DNA of 64,000 bases from Camelus ferus (taxonomy: Eukaryota), in NCBI RefSeq assembly GCF_009834535.1, contig NC_045697.1:34598001-34662000 (forward strand), written 5' to 3'. Position numbers and translations under genes: made by a program. The stretch's first letter is position 1; the number at the start of each line of letters is the position of its first letter. Below, piece after piece: positions 32,766 to 47,538 of this stretch. A model generated the notes under the pieces. It searched no databases, was not told the origin of the DNA, and saw only the letters and a list, made by a program, of their open reading frames with translations.

Positions 32766-33135
32766 TGTTGGAGTTCAAGTTTTAGTTTATTGAAGTTAAA
32801 TTTATGTAATGAAACAAACATCCCTGTTTAGAGACTAAAAGCAAGTTTTGAGGTTTAAGAAAAAAATCTGCACTTCACCTAATTTGGCTTCATCATTTTC
32901 CTTGACATTAAAATCTGTGTTTTAGAAAAAGGCTCTCCACAAAACCATCTCTGTATAACTGATCTGGCACCTGAACAAAAGGTAGAGAAGGTCTTATCTT
33001 CTGATAATTTTATCGAGCAGTCAGTGTAATGAAATCTCCCCTCAGTTTAGAATTTAAAAAAAATAAAGAGACGGAGAAGTAAAAGCATTATAAAAATACT
33101 TGGTAGCATTGCATTATTTTAAATTGACTTTTACA

Positions 33136-33205
33136 GGGGTGAGGGCAGGGCTCAGTAGTAGAGCACACACTTAGCATGCACGAGGTCCTCGGTTCAATCC
33201 CCAGT
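33136..33205 (+). mobile_element. Truncated tRNA-derived SINE
   Basis: gctcagtagtagagcacacacttagcatgcacgaggtcctcggttcaatccccag. Confidence 0.75.
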
Positions 33206-36200
33206 TAATAAATTTACAAACTCTCAGCAAATTGAAACAGCAGAGAGAGAGGAAGAAAGCATAACAATATTTGGTAGCACTGCATTACATTAAAACTTGG
33301 ATTTACAAACCCTCAGTGAGTTTCCTTCTAACCATGGAACTAATTAACACTGTGCTTCAGTATTAACTGCATCACCGTGACTTTGGCAGTTTCCCTCGTT
33401 TTGTTCTGAACTCATGTTTGTATGGAATTGTCTAGGTACAAAAGGCCTCTTTCTTACTTGTGTCCCACACCCCTCTCTTTCCTGCCATTTTATAAATGAA
33501 GAAACAGAAAACGTACGCAGTCCCCTAAGTCACATAGTTACTCAGGGCCAGCCAGAATGAGGACCAGAATCCAAGCCCTGCAACGCCCCAAGCTACCCAC
33601 TCCACTGAGCGCGGGCACGTCTAAGGAGGCCTTGGTGGAACTCATCTCAGCAGCCAGAACCAACTTCAGTCCTCCCCAGCAAGCTGTGTTCGCACACACC
33701 AAGCGTTTCAGCGCCCTGGCTGCGGTAGACAGGAAGTCTCTAAGAGGTAGGCTTAGATTAGAGGCTTACATTTTATCTATAACAATAAACAACGTATTTT
33801 TCCAACGGAAAGCTTTGGTTGCAAACAAACAAACAAAAAAAAGCTTTTTGAGAGAGCCGAGCTTGTCCCCCTTCAGTTACAAATCACAAACAACCTTCCT
33901 TCTTGAGAGAAAACTGAATCTCCATAAACATTATTCGTACGGGAGAAAAGCTTTGGGTTAGAAGGCATTTCAGTTTTCACACGCAGAGCTTCCCCTGTGG
34001 CTGAGGATGGAGCACATGGGAATCTTTGCAAGCCAAGTTCTGTCAGCCTCGCACGCTTGTCCGGCCTTCGGGAGACAAGGCCTCACACCAGTTTTCTGCA
34101 CAGACACTCGTAAGACCACACAGTCCTCCCTCCCACCCAGTCACGTGTAGTCCCCAGCCACTACTTGACTGGAGGGAAGCAGACGGACAGGGTTGGTAGT
34201 GGAGGTAAGAGCCATGCTCTCAGTACCACGTTCCCAGAATCCCCTCCCACCCTCTGCCTTCTGTGATCCCACCAGTGACTCCTGACTGCCAGCATGCAAC
34301 TCAGCCTGGCCCAAAGGCTTGTGGGCTGCTTTGTGAATGCCTTCTATAGGGACCACAGAAACCAAACACAGGGCCCTGATTGTTTAGTATCTGTGGATAA
34401 AGTCTCTAATCTTCCCTGGGATGGATCCTGGGTAAAAGTATATGGCCCCTTCTTGAGTTAACTGTGCCTAACAAACACTTAGAAAATAAACTCAAGGACA
34501 TCCCATAGCCCAAGCCAAATAAAACAAATTGTCTCAGAGACCACAAATGGACAAACTAGCCCTGCAGCTCAGAAGGTCACCTTCTCTCTCAATTATCTTT
34601 TGCCTTTGATTTCACTATGAACATTTCATTATATTACTAGAAGAGTTTAAATAAAAATGTATTTGAGTAAAAGAGATCACTATTTTTCTCATACCACGGA
34701 GTGGGAAGGCTCGGGTGTTAATCCGCAAGCCTTGCAAGAAACAGGCAGAAAATAAACTCTTATGGGTAGAAGTGGGTTTTATTTACCTTTGTTACCTACC
34801 TTGAACTTCACCTTTGTTACCTTATTTGAATTTAATTCCTCCTGAGTAACCTTGCATGCACAGAAAAAAAAAGCGGGGGAAGGCTTTGAGAGTCTGGGAT
34901 CGCAGGATTGCAGGGTGCAAACTTAAGTGATTCAGGGATTCAGTCTTTTCAGCAAGGACTGAGACAGACAGACACTCAGCAAAGGGAGGCTGTGGGACTG
35001 AGTTTACCTGGGCAAAAAGGAGGACCAATATCGGTGGCATCACAATGTGGTTTCACTGTGAGAACCAAACTGGTTTAGAATCAGGCGGACTGAAGGAATT
35101 CAAGGCAATTCAGGTTATACACAGCAGTTCACTTCTTACTGGGAGGTGCCTGCTGATGGGAGATTAGCCCACAGCCAGGGGAAAAAAAGTGTGGAGGAAC
35201 TAGTCAAACAAGATCAAGCATTATATTATTGTTTTGCTGCCCAGTGTGGAGTAGCTGGGGCTGGATGGAGCCGGTCTGCACAGCAGGAGCACAAGTTCTA
35301 CTTTCACAACATCGGGATAATTTACGGTTCAACAGAATGAAGGTTAAACGCCTCCGCCAAACACATATGTGTGTCCAGTGTCTCTGAAAGGTGGTGACTT
35401 CAGAACGGGCAATGAGACATGAAGGCTGAGGTCTAAAACACGCAGCTGAACAGAAACACGTCCAATCTGGTTCCCAAGCTGATCAGAAAATGAGGCTTAC
35501 TTCCAAAGTCACCAGTAAACTCACCTGACTTACATTTTCCCCCAGTCAACCAGCAGACTCCACATAACAGAATTATTTATAGAATTATTTCTAAATCTAA
35601 TGGCTGTCTCCTGAGGTTTCATGGAATTCTGCATGCCGTGTGGTACCCCCAACGGGACAGAGAGAGTAGAATTCTCTGCCAATTTCTTGGCACCTTTACT
35701 ATCTTCCCCAGAGATCTGGTAGTACAGCCATCAGGTGAGGAGAAGCTGCAAACTCCCTGCCTTTGGATTTCTAGATCTTTGTAAAAAGGCACTGTCTTCC
35801 CCCCACTCTCCTTAGCTTCGATTCCCTAGCCACGCTGGTGGCTGACTCAGGGAACTGGCGGGCAGGCTGGCTTGGTAAGGGACCGCCTGCTGAACAGCTG
35901 TTACTCGTCAGATACTGATGAGACATGTTTCTCCCTTTGTTCCACCTTTTAATGAGAAGCCTTGGCCCAGAATAAACGTATCTCTGCACACAGAGAGTAT
36001 TTTATCTAGTGCAATGATTTTTAGCCCTGACTTTACATTACTTTTGTTAGAACAAGCACAGAGCTAGATATGAGCAGAGAAAGGAGGGCAGAGGTCAAAT
36101 GGCAGGAGCTGGACAGAAAGGAGGGACACAGGCCAAATGCAGGAAACTATACGTCATGTAAGCACCAGGGGTCCCTGGGCAGAGAAAGAAAAGCAGGAAC

Positions 36201-37272
36201 CTCTGGGCTAAGTGGTCACAACTTTTGGGGTGACAACAGGCCTAGAGACCAACAAAGAAAGGTGGGAAAAGGCAGGAATCTCCACTGTCCAAATGTAACC
36301 TTTTGATCATTATGCCCTCATTTCAATAAAATTAGCCTTGCAGATTAGAAGTAGCCATAATGCACTGATGCCATGACACTTCCCATCCAGACAAAATAAG
36401 GACAAAAATCCTTCCTCCCTTGGAGAAGGTGGAGTTGGGATGAAAATCAAGGAATACAACCCCAAACCCTTCCCTCCCCAGTGAATGCTCCGCCCATTCA
36501 TTTTCACACCGTATGTAACCAACTTGCCAAAGAAACTCGGGCCCGCCGCTCACCTGAGCCTGCCCGCTCTCCCCTTGAGAGTGCACTATCCATCCCTTAA
36601 TACATCCCCACTTTACTTTCTTCTTGTCTTGTCTCTGAATTCTTTCCGGGATGGGGTAAGAACGTGGACACTGGTTACATCTACAGGCAACTCTTCCACC
36701 TGAGAAGGCTTTTTTAAAGGACTGTGCCTGAGCCCCACCCCGGGCCAATTAAAGAGAACATCTGAAGGGGGGTGTTGCGCAACAATACTTGTTAGAAGCT
36801 TCCCCAGGTGATGTTAATATGCTGTCAGGGTTGAGGACAACAGATCTAAGACCCCCCTCCCCCGTAAAAGTCACATCCCAACTGCAAAGTTGTTTTTTTT
36901 AAGTGCTGAAATATACGCACATTCTGAGGTTGTGGCTGTTTTCAATTTCTCAGACAGATTTCAACAATCTTTGAACATAATCTGGCAACAGCAGAGTCAG
37001 CAGAGATGTATCCTTTAGGGACGGGCTCCGCTTCAGGCAATTGAACGTCTGACTAATAATGGCTGAAAGATACAGGGATTCGTTTGTCTCAGAACAAGGG
37101 GTCTGGAAGTGGACCATTCAGAGATGGTGCATTGGCTCAGCAGCGCCAGGAGGCACCCAGGCTTTTTTATCTTTCTGCTCTATAGATAAGGCTGCCAGAT
37201 TAACGACAACAACAAAAAGCCCAGCTGAATGTGAATTTCAGACAAATAACAAATTCTGTATAAATCTGTCCA

Positions 37273-37671
37273 TGTAATCTTTGGAACATACTTACTGTAA
37301 CAGTCTGACTCCATTTTTTGATGTTTGACTGATGACAGTTTTCAAGCCCCATCACTGCCCTTTCCCTTCTGCCCACACGTGAGTCAACTGTTAAAAAAGG
37401 CTGCTCCCTCCTTGGGTACCAGCTGAAGTTCAAACCACGCAAGCCCAGCCCCCCCCACCACAAAACCCCAAGGCAGTGGCCCCTCCCTGCCCTCTCAAGT
37501 TATTTTTGGATCTGCTAGGGAGCCTGCTCCCTGATGTCCCCCGAAACTCTCATTATGTGAGTTATAAACTTTTCATATTCTCTTGGTGCCTGTATTATGA
37601 CATCAACAGACTCAACATCTGAACCAAATTTGGGATCGGGGGCTCATCCATTTCTGGGGGTGACCATGACA
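37273..37671 (+). mobile_element. Old ERVL-class solo LTR
   Basis: TG...CA ends; gactccattttttgatgtttgactg motif. Confidence 0.55.
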
Positions 37672-38204
37672 GGAGACGAGGCTACAACAGTCACACTAAA
37701 AAAAATTTGTTTTATCTGAGATTCAAATTTAACTGGGCATCCTGTTTTTTAACTGGCAACCCCATTCCTGGGCCTTCATCTTCGTGCCTTTTCCTCAGAG
37801 TCACAGATGGGCACTATACCTCCTCCAGTTCTCAAAGCCATGTTCCAAAAAGGAAGAGGCAAAAAGTTTTCCTTCTGGTGAGACTCAGGTTTTTTCTTCG
37901 GGAAGGGACGTTCTCTTCAGGTGCCTCTCACTGCATCTCATTACGTGGAATTTTCTCACGTGGGTATGCTTGCCACAAGAGAGCCAAGAAACTGAATATT
38001 TTAAACTTTCACAACAGGAAGAATAAAGGTTATAGCTGACTTTTGGAAGATAAACCCCCAACACCTGCAAGGAAGTACGTAACGGGTATAAGAGAATTGA
38101 AATACCTTCATTTACTCATGAGCCAATCTCCCTCTCTCTGAGTCCTGTTGCTCTGCGGGGGTGGGAGTGCAAACGTCTCTGGGAAGAAGGATATGGTCCA
38201 AAGA

Positions 38205-38620
38205 CCTGCACCTTTGGCATCAGCTGGGAGCTTGTTAGAAAGAATCTGAGGCCCCACCTCAGACCCACTGAATCAGAACCTGCTCTTTTAACAAAGTCCC
38301 CAGGCAATTGCATGGACATTAAAGGCCTCAAAGAACACTGGTTGTCACATTTGACTGCCACTGGAATAACCCAAGGAGCTTTAAAAAAAAAAAAATACTG
38401 CCCTCGTGATTCTGATTTAATTGGTCTAGGGTGCAGCCTGGGCACTGGGATTTTGAAAAGCTCCCCAGATGATTCTAATAAGCAGTGACGTTTGTAAACC
38501 ACTGGCCTAGAACACTGGCTGTCAACCCTGTGTGAGAATCACTTGGGGTGTTTTGTTATAAGACCAGCAAGGCCTGGGTCCCCCTCAAAGCAGCTAAATC
38601 AGACCCGGGAAAGGGGTGAA
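38205..38620. mobile_element. Cluster of MER5-type hAT MITEs
   Basis: ccccacctcagacccactgaatcagaa and gattctgatttaattggtctagggtg...ctccccagatgattctaat motifs. Confidence 0.7.
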
Positions 38621-39124
38621 GAGCTGGGACCTGGGCAATAGTGTTTCTGGAAAGCTCTCAGATCACTGTAACATGTGGGGACCAGCCAGGAAGAGGAAGT
38701 GAAAGGCGCACATCCCCTAGCGCAGTGGTTTGTGGGAAGAGCAAGAGTGGTGGTAGAGGGGTTGCGGGAAGCAGGAAGGCAGGAGGGCCAGGTGGAGGGC
38801 ACTGCCAAGGATGGGGGTGTTGCTGTGATTCGTCTTTCAGACTCCTGCAGGGGGCTACCTCACAGACGCCCCTGCCCAAGTCTGGGAAGCGGCGGTGGGG
38901 AAATGAACTCTGCCAATACAGCAGGACCCAGGGGTGGGGGTGGTCCCCCTGCGGAGTTATAGTTTCAACTTTCTGACTAGGCTCAGTCCCCATGTGGTAT
39001 GGACAAGACCCACGAGCTCCTGCATGGGCTCAGACAGGACTCAGGAAGCACCTGGACTGAGAGCCAGAAGCGCTATCATGGTGCCCATTATTCAAGGGCC
39101 AAGGTGACCTGCAACCTTTGCTGC

Positions 39125-39595
39125 TATAACCAAGCAGGACCCTGTGGAGCCTTCGGGGACAGACCCCTCCCCCAGATCCTCTGCTGTAGCTCCTCTCTGA
39201 CCTACCCAGATAATAGTATCTCATGTATATTTCCTGAATTTTTCAGATGCTAAAAACCACCACCAAAGGGAATAAACTACTTGATGGTCATGGGCACGTG
39301 GCCCCAGACCTTCTGGTGCCTAAGGGTTGATGGTGTTGACCGCCCTGTTACCTCAACATCAACCATCAGAGAATCATGCACCAGCTGATCAGATACCTGT
39401 GACCCCCCACTCCCTTACCTGGCCTTTAAATATGCTTTGCTGAAACCCTTAGAAGAATTCAGGGTTTTCTTGAGCATGAGTCACCCTCTCCTCCTTGCTT
39501 GGCCCTGCAATAAACTTCTCTCTGCTCCAAACTCAGGTGTTTTCATTTGTTTGGCCTCACGGTGCCTTGGGCACACAGATTTGCCTTCGGCAACA
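39125..39595 (+). mobile_element. Solo ERV1-like LTR
   Basis: TATA-like ctttaaata ~39424, AATAAA at 39509, ends ggcaaca; near-TSD ctgc/ctac. Confidence 0.7.
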
Positions 39596-40679
39596 CTACC
39601 ACATGGGCGGCCCAGGTCGAGGGGCAAATGGAAACCATGGCAGAGCTAAGTGGGGAGGGGACCTATGGTGCCAGCAAGAGCTGGGGTGAGGTGGAGTCAG
39701 CCAGGAAGGGCTTCTGGGTCCTGACCAAGTCAGCAGAGGCCAGCCCACACCAGCCACCCACTTGGTCTGCAGATGCCAGCAGGGCAAGCAGGCAAACAGG
39801 CTGATAAGAAATGTTGAGATTAGAGGTGCCAGGAGACACTGCTCTAATCCATTAGCCCTCCCATTCACGTCACCACCCTGAGGTCACCTTGCCAGAACTG
39901 ATAGTCACGGTCCACGTCGGAAGGGCTGGACTGATCATGGGCGGTCAGCATCCATTCTGATTGGTCTGTGCCTGGGCCAAATCAGTTGTTAAATATTTTG
40001 ACTGTCACCCCTGGATAAAGCCACTCTTCTCTCTTCTCTGCCCAGATGCTACCTTGGCAGAAACAGAGTGAGAGAAAGGCAAACCCACTTCACCCATGGA
40101 GGATATTTTCATTTTTGCATGAGTCTAAAGTTACAAGATTAAACTAAATTGAGTTTTCCCAGCACACCTCAGCAAGGAGGGGCACCCGAGGAAAATAGGA
40201 TTGTTATGGACAAAATTAAGTAGCTGTGGGTTGCTTGGCAGTAGCGTGAGGTAATTTCCATCCTTGCTGTAGACATAAGGATAATCTACTTCCTCTATTA
40301 AATATTGATGTGTCTATATGGATTTATATTTCTTTGTAGATTTATCCAGGTATCTTTTTTTTTCTGCTAATTTGATGTCAGTCCCTCACATAATGTGTTT
40401 TCCTCTATCTGTATAAATTAGGAAAGGGAGATATAAAAATTTATGTGTAGGTCAAATTGTCCTGGATAAAGTAAGGTCTCTGCCAAAAAGAAGGACAGAT
40501 GGCCACCTGAGGTTATACACTACAACCAGGAGGAGAAACAGTCCCCCTACTATGTGGAAAAGCAATGGATCAGCCCAGAATCCCGAGAGGAGAGCTACTT
40601 ACCAGACCGGAACCCACCCCACCATCTCTGGAAAATGAAGCCTCTAGATAGTTCTACTACTTTTATTTCACCGAGTTAT

Positions 40680-41030
40680 TCCATGAATATTTATTTAGCT
40701 TAACTCTTGTGTCAGGCCCTGTTCAAGGGCCTGGGGATACAGCAGTGAACAAAACAGACAAAACAGGGAATGTCCCTGGTGGGAAGGGGGTTTATCATTT
40801 TGAAAAGGGTAATTTGAGAAAGTCTCACAGGGAGGGTGACAATTGAGCAACAACCTGGAGGAGATGAAGAAGCAAGCCATGTATGGATATCCAGGAAAAG
40901 GGCTCCTGGTAAAAGGAACAGCAGGTGCAAAGGCCCTGAGGTGAGGTGCCTAGGATATGCGAGGGGAGCATGGGCAAATGGCAGAGAAGCAGGCGATGAG
41001 GTCAGCGAGTGTATGGGTACAAGTGACAGA
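40680..41030 (-). mobile_element. L2 fragment
   Basis: ctggggatacagcagtgaacaaaacagacaaaa and ggaacagcaggtgcaaaggccctgaggt motifs. Confidence 0.75.
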
Positions 41031-41652
41031 GAGAAAGAGAACATGATGCTTCAACCTGAGCTGATTCTTCACCTGCACTTTCAACTTTCCCAGGCAGTTT
41101 AACATAAAGGAAGTCACGAAACCCACCAATTGTGGCATGAAAGGAAGTCACCTGCAAAGGACTTCCAGCTTTCTCTTAATAGCCTCATATATTGCTAAGG
41201 CTGTCTAATCGGAGAAAGCTTACCTCAGATCACTTCAAAATATTAAAGTGCTGGAGATAACTGCCCAACTGGCACTTAATACTAATGAAATCTCCCAATT
41301 CACCAAGCGTATTTGAGCTAATCTGCATTAAAAATATGGATCATAGCTGAACAGCTCCAATTCGTTACTCATGAAGATGGTGGACTGTGCATTAAGTGCC
41401 CAGAAAGCAAGAGAGTAACTGGGAAGAGAAGAATGGTGGACATTTGTTGATTGTCATTCCAGCATGCACTACTCACTCCTCCCCAGCCCTCCCCAGAGCT
41501 CTCAATTCCTATTTCCAAGTGGTTGCAGGTAAATGGATTCCATCCTGGCTCTTATGGGAACATGTAAGTATGAGAGTAACAGGGCTCTGGTGGAAATGCT
41601 GAGATGAAGATGCTTCTGCCCTTTGGATGGTATGGTGTGTCAAAGTGAAGCA

Positions 41653-41870
41653 TGTAAGAAATTAACCAAGAAAAATCTCAATTAAATAGAGTCAAGAGAC
41701 CAGAAGGGGGAGCTCTCATGCCCTGTGATGATATCAGAGTCTAACAGGAAAAAGAAAAGACTCCTCTTCTTTCCTAGCAAGGACTCAGCCAACAAAAGCC
41801 ACAGACTGTTTCTTTACTGTGGCCCTTGCAACTTCTTTTTCCTCTCTATAAAAGTGTTCTCCTCCTATTT
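41653..41870 (+). mobile_element. Partial ERV1-like LTR (U3 up to the TATA box)
   Basis: tgtaagaaatt start, actcagccaa, ctctataaaag. Confidence 0.5.
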
Positions 41871-42644
41871 ATTTCAGGTCAACAGGTATGTGGTTACAGC
41901 AGCCACTTTTCATCTGGAAAAGGTACAGTCCGCACCCCCAGACTTCACAGTCATAAGGTCCAGTAATACCCCATCCCACCTCAGTGCTACTGATGTTGTG
42001 GGCTGGATGGTTCTCTGTTGTGGAGGGACGTGCTGAGCACTGTAGGACGTTTAGCAGCATCCTGGTCTCTGCCCACTAGAAGCCAGTAGCATCTCCTACC
42101 AGTAGTGACGGTCACAAATGCCAGCCTGAATTGGGTTTAGGGTTTTTGGATAGTTTTTTTGTTGTTGCTCTGGAGGTTTTTTGTTTGTTTTGTGTTTGCG
42201 TTTTGTTGTTGTTGTTGTTTTGCCTTCTGGTTTTGGAAGTGAAATGGAGCCTCAGAGAGATTTGATTTATCCACTTTCTCTCCCTCCAACTGGCCAGGTG
42301 TGGAAGCTCCAGAGGAGAAGAGAGACAGAAATGCCCATCTGGAGCTGGACTCCACACAGGTTCAAGGGGCCGCTGGTATCCAGCCTCCCTGCTGCCAAAC
42401 ACAGGGGCAACTGAGACTCCGCTCCCAGAGGGCACAGGCAGCCCAGAACTGAGGAGTGGCCCTGACAACGTGTGCAGAGTAGGGAGGGAGACGGCTCTGA
42501 GGATAGAAATGCACGTCAGCGAATCAGCCCACAGCACTGGCCCAAAGGACATCTCATAGGGCTTCTTTTAAGGCAATGATGAGCATGTGATCCGTGTGGC
42601 CCAGCACAGACAGACCTTTCCAAATTCAGAAACTCTGTTCAGTA

Positions 42645-43398
42645 CAGGGGTTCTTAACTGTTTTATGCCATGAATCAATTTGTCAGTCTAGTGATGCCTT
42701 TGTACCCCTTCTCGGCATAATGTTTTTAAGTGCATAAATAAAAATACATACAACTAATAAGGTAACCAATTATATTCAGAGAAACTTATTGAAATATTTT
42801 TAAATGCATGTGCACCTTAGTAACATGTCTTTTTTATTGAGTTAAGTGACAAGGTCTAGTGGCAGTACTAAAAGCTGTGAGACTTTGACGTAGTGATGAA
42901 TGCAAATTCTTTCTCATGAAAAACTGAAACAACTCCCATGTGATATGAAAAGAGCAGTTTTTCACAGACCAAGTCACAGACATTGCTATTATAAGGTACT
43001 GTTTTTGGGGGGGGAGGGGTTGTTCGTTCTGGGGAGCGCTGCCTACATCTAGAATTACAGGAAACGCTAAATTTTAGTGAAAGTTTAGTAAAAACAAAGA
43101 TGTGATTCCTTTTTTTTCCTTTCAAGTTCATGGATCTCTTTAATCTCAGATCAAGATCCTTTTGTAACTGGATCAGTGGTTCTCAACCAAGGGTGATCTT
43201 GCCCCCCAGAGAACATTTGGCCATGTTCTAGAGACATTTTTGGTTGTTACCACTGGGGGAGTGGGGTGTGCTCCTGGCATCTAGCGAGGAGAGGCCAAGG
43301 ATGTGGCTAAATATCCTATGATGTGCAGCACATCCTTCTACAATAAAGAATTATCCAGCCCTAAATGCCAATAGCACTGGGACTGAGAAGCCTTGAAC
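42645..43398. mobile_element. hAT-Charlie element (~42645-43160) followed by MER20 (~43174-43398); another MER20 fragment lies at ~41975-42130
   Basis: caggggttcttaac start; cagtggttctcaacc...gacatttttggttgt...ctgagaagcc is MER20-like. Confidence 0.7.
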
Positions 43399-43809
43399 TA
43401 GAGGAAGAAACTTTGTAAAAACTAGAGTCGGCATAAAGAAGATATTGTAAAGGGAGCTGGGGAGTCTGCCCCTTGCCCAAACCACGTACCCAGTCCTCAG
43501 GACGCCTGAAAAGAATATCATCCCCATCCTCACCCTAAGTGTCACTGTGTTTGGAAGATGCTTCCGAGGGAACACAATTTGGGGCAGACACAAGGAAAGA
43601 GAGGAGGAAAACACCGGCAAGGGAGCAGGGTGAGTTAATAAAAGAAAAGCAACCAACTGGTAAAAAGGCCTTGGCTGGTTTTCCATAGGAACTTCATCCA
43701 GAAACAATGGAGTGTGTCCTTTGTGAAATGTTGCTGAGGATGTGAGGCAACTGGAAGGCCCTTACCCTGCTGCCAGTTGTGTCATTGGTTACATTCACTT
43801 AGAGACACT

Positions 43810-45190
43810 GTTTGGCACTAGATACAAAAGATAAACATACGCATATGTTTTGGCTCTGAATTCCACCCCTAGGCATATACCAAAATACATACAAATTTTT
43901 ACCAAAAGACATGGAGAACAATATTTACAGCAGCATTTATCTTAACAGCCCAAAACTGGAAACACCTCAAACGTCCATTAAGAATAGAAATGCAAATCGA
44001 AACTACAGTAAGGTACCAACTCACAGGGGTTAGAGTGGCCATCATTTATAAGTTTACAAATAACAAATGCTGGAGAAGGTGTGAAGAAAAGGGAACCCTC
44101 CTACACTGTTGGTGGGAATGTAAATTGATGCAGCCACTATGGAGGACAGTACGGAGATTCCTTTAAAAACTAAAAATAGACTTACCATATAATCTAGCCA
44201 TCCCACTCCTGGACGTATATCTGGAGAAAATTCTAATTAACACCCCAATGTTCATAGTACTATTTACAATAGCCAAGACATGGAAGCAACCTAAATGTCA
44301 TTGACAGATGAATGGATTAAGAAGATATGGTGTATATACAATGAAATACTATTTAGCCACAAAAAAGAATGAGATACTGCCATTTGCAGCAATATGGATG
44401 AACCCAGAGATTATCATGCTGAGTGAAGTAAGTCATAAAGGGGAAGACAAACATATGATATCACTTATATGTGGAATCTAAAATATGATACAAATGTTAT
44501 TTACAAAACAGAAACAGACTCAGACAGAAAACAAATATATGGTTACTGGGGGGCAGGAGGGTGGGGGAAGGATAAATTAGGAGTTGGGGATTAGTAGACA
44601 CAAACTACTATACATAAAATAAACAACAAGGTCCTACTGTATAGCACAGGGAATTATATTCAATATTCTATAATAAACCATAATGGAAAAGAATATGAAA
44701 AAGAATGTATATATATGTATAGATAACTGAATCACTTTGCTGTACACCAGAAACTAACACAACATATTAAATCAACAATATTTCAATGTTTTAAGGAAGA
44801 GTAAAATAGATAAATAATTTGTGGTATAAATACATGGTAGAAGACTATACAGGGATGAGAATGAATGAAATACAACTATGTACACCATGGATGGATCACA
44901 CAAACACCCTAAGTGAAAGAAGCCAGGCACAGGAGAGCATACACCATAGGATTCCATTTAGAAAGTTCAAAAATAGTGCATACTAATTCATGGTGTTGGA
45001 AGTCAGGATACTGATTACTATTGGTCTAATGACTTAAATAGAAAATGAGAATTTTGAAGTTCTAGATTTCAAAATTCTGAAATTCTAGAATGTATAATAT
45101 CTTGATATAAATACTCCTTACACAGATGTATCCCCTGTGTGAAAATTAAGCTATATACATATGATTTGTGTACTTTTATTTATGTACAGT
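43810..45190 (+). mobile_element. Old L1M fragment interrupted by a younger L1 3' end (~43987-44790)
   Basis: gaaatgcaaatcgaaactac...aaaagggaaccctcctacactgttggtgggaatg ORF2 end and a cetartiodactyl 3' UTR. Confidence 0.8.
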
Positions 45191-47538
45191 GAGCAGAGGT
45201 TAACAGCAAGCCTGTACTCTTTTTCTCCTAGATCTAGACCTGCCTGGGAGGATTTTAGGTTTGCCTTCTTCCAGCACCAGTCCCCTTGATATGCCCCAAA
45301 TTAAGACGAATTTGGAGTGTTGGGTGCCAGGGCCAGACATGTGTTTCATACACTGTGAAATCTCTGATCTGTGAGACAGCACATGGGCTGGGAGACTATA
45401 AACCGTAGACCCACATGATGAGTGAGAAACACAGGGAGAAGCTTCTTTGCATCATGATGAACCCCACATCCCATAGCCTCACCACCAGCAAACATCTGCA
45501 CTCTCTAGGCAGGAGAAGAGGGAGCCAAGCATCTATGCATACAGAGAACTGGGAGACTTCCGTTGAGACTGAGGGCTGTGCATGATCTTTCCTGTTCTGA
45601 GTCCTTCTAAAAGCCTAAACAAACTTAGTGCTGGATCAAATGCTACTGTGTCTTGTGAGTTTGATTGCCAAACACATTACTAATGCAATAGTGGGACTGT
45701 GTATTACACATCAATAAAAAGTTTACTAAAGAAAAAAATTCCTCTGTCTATTCTGGCCAAACTGTTATTCACACCGATCACATGTTCTGCTTGGTCTCCA
45801 AATTCCTTCCATTTTCCTGAGCTTCCCCTCTCTCCTTTGACCTCCTGTCTTCTTTTTAGGACTCTCACCCACAACCAACCCCTAAACTTCCTGTTCATTA
45901 CTTATGCAGAGCTGATTAACTATTGCACTACCTCACCCCAAACTAGTAACACTACCCACAGAGAGCTCACATCAATAACTAACATGAAGATTGGTTGGAA
46001 AACATAGTTCCCTTCCAGGAGAAGTTGTATGACTACTTAGCAAAGAAATTTTTTTTTTCTTTTGCTGGACAGAGAATGCTGAATCTCTGTCTGAAGACAT
46101 TCCACATTCACACATTATTTGGAGTCTCAGTTAGCTATGTGACAACCAGGCATTCCTCTCCTAATTGGGTATCTCAAAATTTCCTGAATTGTTAAAATAA
46201 AAGGAATAGAACTTCCTTGCCACCAACAATATATACTCTTAGAAGTGCCAGCTGCTGCAACGTGATGCCCCAGGAATAACTCTTTGCTCTGTACTGGCTC
46301 TGTACTCCATCCCTAGAGGGATGGAGGATGCTCCATAGTCAGTCCTATCTTTTCAGTATTTGGGTTTGGGGCTTTTTTGGAGGGGGGTGGCGGGGGGAGT
46401 GAGGACGTCTAAGGATAGATACCTGCTCGCATATATTGGTAAGACTTAATTTCCTATGTCATAACATTAACCTCCTCTCCCTCAGCTTTTGCTGATAAAT
46501 CGTCTCATGCCTTCCTGAGCTAGACATTCACACATCCTCCTTGAGCCAGCATCTCAGTAGTAGGAGCCCTGTCTCACCTCCCCACAGCAGGATCATAAGG
46601 GAAATGGGGTGTGATAGTTTCAGAAACAGCACAGTAACTCATACAGATACTTCTGAGAGCACCACTTACATTATCAAGGTTGATAATTCTTGTGCCTGCT
46701 GCTCGTTAGTTCAATGCACATTGACTGAGGACCACTGATGTTCTAACATACCACTCCTGGAGTGGGCAAATGTGATTTAAAAGTCACAACTGTGGACAGC
46801 CAGCAACTTATAATCTCACGAAACTCATAAAGCACATTCCCCCAGAACCACAGTGCCAGGTGGGACAGCACACGAATAAGAGGCTCCTGTCGTTAACCCT
46901 CACGGTAATGACTAGTGCCTTCTGTCGCACCCTTCTCCCTGTGTACTTCTGAAGCACTCAGGACAGCAAAGCTCAATTTCCAATCATTCCCACATATGGT
47001 GCACGAGAAGTTAAGATTTAATTCTGATGACTGGTTATTTCATCTTGAATCCAAAACCCTGGACTTCAAAAATAATGGAACTTCATGTAACATGTGGGTT
47101 TCTTGTTTTTGTCTCCTCTTGCTCTCGTGGGAAAAACAAGTCATCCTCTAGAAGGGTACTAGAGGCACTTTCTATGACAAAATGAGACTTCTTAAATGGT
47201 CCAACTTCACACGTACAAAGTGTGAAATCTCAGAACTAAGATTCCAGTTCTGAATTGTTGCAGACAACGGACATCGCTGGAAATAGAAATGTCACCAGGA
47301 CCCACTCAAAGAACTCTCTCCTATAACCATGCTCAATCCTGGAACACAGGAGACTGTCCCCCAGATAATCAGAAATGTGCAAAAACAATTTGTTAAATAA
47401 CACAGGGAAGGTTGTGGGGGAGTTCCAGAAGGCTCACATTCACGTGGTTTGCAAAGGTGCATTTTTCATGAAGCTCCGTACAGCTCAAAAGCATGACATT
47501 CTGCAGGGGCTGCTCCTTCATTCCAGGAGTTGGAAGAC

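Noticed and set aside
33557..33961. 134-aa ORF downstream of NIPAL1
   Set aside because: It begins in MIR-like sequence and shows no recognisable homology.
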